Of a stretch of 26,687 bases of DNA, positions 24,120 to 26,687 are shown piece by piece (position 1 is the stretch's first letter; each line of letters begins with the position of its first letter). Source of the DNA: Octopus sinensis (Eukaryota); the NCBI RefSeq assembly GCF_006345805.1, contig NW_021835581.1, forward strand, positions 1 to 26,687, given 5' to 3'. Made by a program: the position numbers and the translations under genes. The notes beneath the pieces were generated by a model. The model worked only from the letters and a program-made list of their open reading frames with translations, was not told the DNA's origin and did no database searches.

Positions 24120-24925
24120 CATGCATGCAAATATACATACAAACATATATACATATATGCATTAAGCATGTATACGTACACGCATCATGCGTACATACAT
24201 ACATGCATGCATGTATATACATTTATGCATACGTACATGCATACATGCATACATACATGCATACATTTATGCATGCATACATGCAGGCATACATACATTT
24301 AAGCATGCATGCATACATACATACATTTATGCATGCGTATATACGTGCATGCATGAATGCATACATACATACATTTATGAATCAATTCATGCATACATAC
24401 ATGCACGCATCCATCATGCATGCATACATACATGCATGCATATATATACATTTATGCATATTTACATACATACATACATTTATGCATACATACATACATT
24501 TATGAATGCATATATACATACATATATTTATGCATACATACATCTACGCATGCATCGTGCATGCATACATACATATATACATACATTTATACATGCATAC
24601 ATACATACATACATACATACATACATACATACATACATACATGTATGCATACATGCATACATACATACATACATACATTTATGAATGCATATATACATAC
24701 ATATATTTATGCATACGTACATGTACGCATGCATCGTGCATGCATACATACATACATACATACATACATACATTTATACATGCATACATGCATACATGTA
24801 TGCATGCATACATGCATACATACATACATACATACATACATACATACATACATGCATACATACATACATACATGCATATATACATGTATGCATCCATACA
24901 TGCATACATGCATACATACATATAT
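24120..24925. repeat. ~800-bp (CATA/CATG)n tetranucleotide satellite with higher-order structure
   Basis: Directly visible. The landmark TTTATGAAT...CGCATGCATCGTGC recurs 179 bp apart. Confidence 0.95.
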
Positions 24926-24929
24926 CTCT

Positions 24930-25160
24930 TCGAAAATCAAAGAGAAATAGGATAACTACGCTCAACTACGAAACCTTCATACTCTATGTCCGGATAATAA
25001 ACGCACGTTTTATAACAGCTATAATTGGTGCTTTTGGTTTCGTTACGAGATGCTCAAGTGGGAATCAAGAAAGGATTGGGTTATCAGAAAAAGAAATAAA
25101 CCGCTTTGCTCACTTATAGCGAGTACAATTAATAAGCGAATAGGAAAAATATGCAAATTG
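24930..25160 (+). mobile_element. Decayed RLE 3' fragment (family C-like) directly after the (CATA)n satellite
   Basis: Reads KIKEK*DNYAQLRNL...FITAIIGAFGFVTRC...ERIGLSEKE, parallel to 22900-23100. Confidence 0.75.
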
Positions 25161-25384
25161 TTTCCTAAGTGCAACATGTGACGTTTTTGTCATGAACACT
25201 CTAATGATGGAGCTCTATATCATTGTTTGAAAGCAATTCTTTCTGTACAGGAAGAATTTAAATAATTCAAAATAAAAGAGATCATACATACAGATGCATA
25301 CACTCATTCATCCATCCGTCCATATATCTAGCTAACAAGCCAGCCATACTTAGATACATACATATGAAAGGACAAAACTGATTC

Positions 25385-25600
25385 GATGATAATACATTTA
25401 AGTCATCAATGAAGCTATAAAAATTTGGAAAACTTTCCAAAATTTATCATTTAAGTATATATATATGCGCATGCCTAGGCATATCACTATATGCATGAGA
25501 ATACATAGATAAGACAAAACTTACAAATCTGACCATACACTGACTCTAAATACTGCGCATATATACACATACATACATAATACATACATACTGAAACAAA
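25385..25600 (+). mobile_element. Extreme 3' end and UTR of RLE family C
   Basis: AAAATTTGGAAAACTTTCCAAAATTTATCATTTAA matches 23112-23147. It is followed by a similar UTR and CATA repeats. Confidence 0.8.
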
Positions 25601-25759
25601 CAACAAAAGAATATATATATATATAGCAGTAGAAGTAGTAACAGAAAAGATGGAATTTCGATTATCTCCACGTGGTGAGTTGTAATGTGAATAAGAAATC
25701 AAAAAATTAAAAAAAGGAAAAAAAACACACTTTACATAGCTTTAATATAATTTAATAAT

Positions 25760-25794
25760 ATATCGACCGGTTTCACTTTCGCTATTCATGATAT
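25760..25794 (-). ncRNA. Minimal type-I hammerhead ribozyme in the PLE 3' end, A3-U8 core variant
   Basis: rc reads AUAUC|AUGAAUA|GC-GAAA-GU|GAAA|CCGG|UC^|GAUAU. It has a 5-bp stem I, a GNRA-capped 2-bp stem II and a palindromic ACCGGU stem III. It lies ~290 nt downstream of a GIY-YIG stop. Confidence 0.72.
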
Positions 25795-26081
25795 TGAGGT
25801 TTACTTATTCGAATATATATTTTCTTAAGAAAAATTTTGTCCATGTTGTGTGTCATGATATTTACGAGTAAATGACTTCACAAATAGAAAAATAGGGAGA
25901 GGTAATTGGTTATCGTTATTATTGTTATTGTTGTGGGCAAGGGAGATAACTGTTCAGCTTTCGGTAAGGGGAGAGGAATATATATATGCACACAAAAATG
26001 TTTCGAAAAATTTGTTTAGTGAAGGGATTTATGTACAGTGACGTAATCGTGAATTGAAATATGTAAAAAGATAAAAGTTGG

Positions 26082-26405
26082 TTATGCGTGCATATTAAGA
26101 CGTGTTCTGTGTTTTTCAATGAAAAAAGTTTCTTTATTTAAACGTTCGTGTGGAGAAATTGTGTCTTTGCACTGGTAGAAGGAGAAGACTGTGAAATTTG
26201 GTTTAATGTTGTCTGCACATTTTTCTATATGTTCATTGAGAGTAATTTTCCTGTATCGCGGGAAATGGATTTGCTCTTTATGTAGAGTGGTTCTCTATCA
26301 CAATGTCATACTCGTCTGTCCAATATAGTTGTGGCCACAACCCGTGTAGGTTATTACATAAATTAGGTTCTCAGAGGCACAAGTGAAACTAGTTTTAATT
26401 GTGAA
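26082..26405 (-). pseudogene. PLE GIY-YIG endonuclease remnant (108 codons, two adjacent in-frame stops)
   Basis: FTIKTSFTCASENLIYVITYTGCGHNYIGQTSMTL**RTTLHKEQI...LNEHIEKC...ERLNKETFFIEKHRTRLNMHA*. The LIY...YIGQT, R..H and E...I....LN motifs are present. Confidence 0.9.
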
Positions 26406-26687
26406 CCTTTCTCCTGCGATGTTGTATTGGCGAACGCGGAGAAACAACCTTGGACAGGAAACAGACAAGAATGCGTCTTATTCGTCCAGCTGCAACAGAA
26501 AGAAAGAAAGAAAGAAACACAAGTTAGGAGGAGAAATGGCTGATGGTCACGTGGGAGTCACGAGAGCAAAGGAGGAAGATTGAGGGAGAGAGAGAGTAAC
26601 CGGCAGAGAACTGTGAAGGGGAGAGGAAAGGATTTGGAAAAAGGAATAAGAGAGAAAAAAACAAGAGGAGAGCAGAGGAGGTAAAAG

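Larger units (their letters stand above)
25760..26420 (-). mobile_element. 5'-truncated Penelope-like element 3' end (GIY-YIG, 3'UTR and hammerhead)
   Basis: GIY-YIG remnant at 26082-26405 followed by an AT-rich UTR ending at the hammerhead. Confidence 0.88.

Noticed and set aside
25650-25680. ATG GAA TTT CGA TTA TCT CCA CGT G|GTGAGT, a possible first coding exon MEFRLSPR
   Set aside because: A single short ATG plus donor arises readily by chance. It is sandwiched between retroelement ends and has no supporting promoter or downstream exon.

Overview
Repeat-saturated animal DNA. By recognition of the SINE families and the microsatellite load it is most likely an octopus; this was not database-verified. 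No host protein-coding gene can be supported, and most listed ORFs are microsatellite read-throughs or decayed transposon fragments. The window holds these elements. (1) A decayed Penelope-like element (PLE) at ~958-4645 (-) carrying a CR1-type 3' end and nested tRNA-derived SINEs with target-site duplications (TSDs). (2) A mariner MITE whose left TIR is split by a second MITE containing TTAGGG repeats. (3) A SINE stack at 9.3-11.5 kb. (4) R4/Dong-type RLE retrotransposon ends embedded in (AAT)n tracts, and a second RLE family associated with (CATA)n. (5) An internally deleted Tx1/L1-clade LINE whose 3' end resembles the tail of one SINE family. (6) A tail-to-tail inverted pair of a ~560-bp (AAT)n-tailed element. 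(7) A PLE GIY-YIG 3' end. The most notable signal is two minimal type-I hammerhead ribozyme folds, at 25760-25794 (-) and 23588-23638 (-). In both, the canonical C3-G8 core pair is replaced by a compensatory Watson-Crick pair, A3-U8 and G3-C8 respectively.
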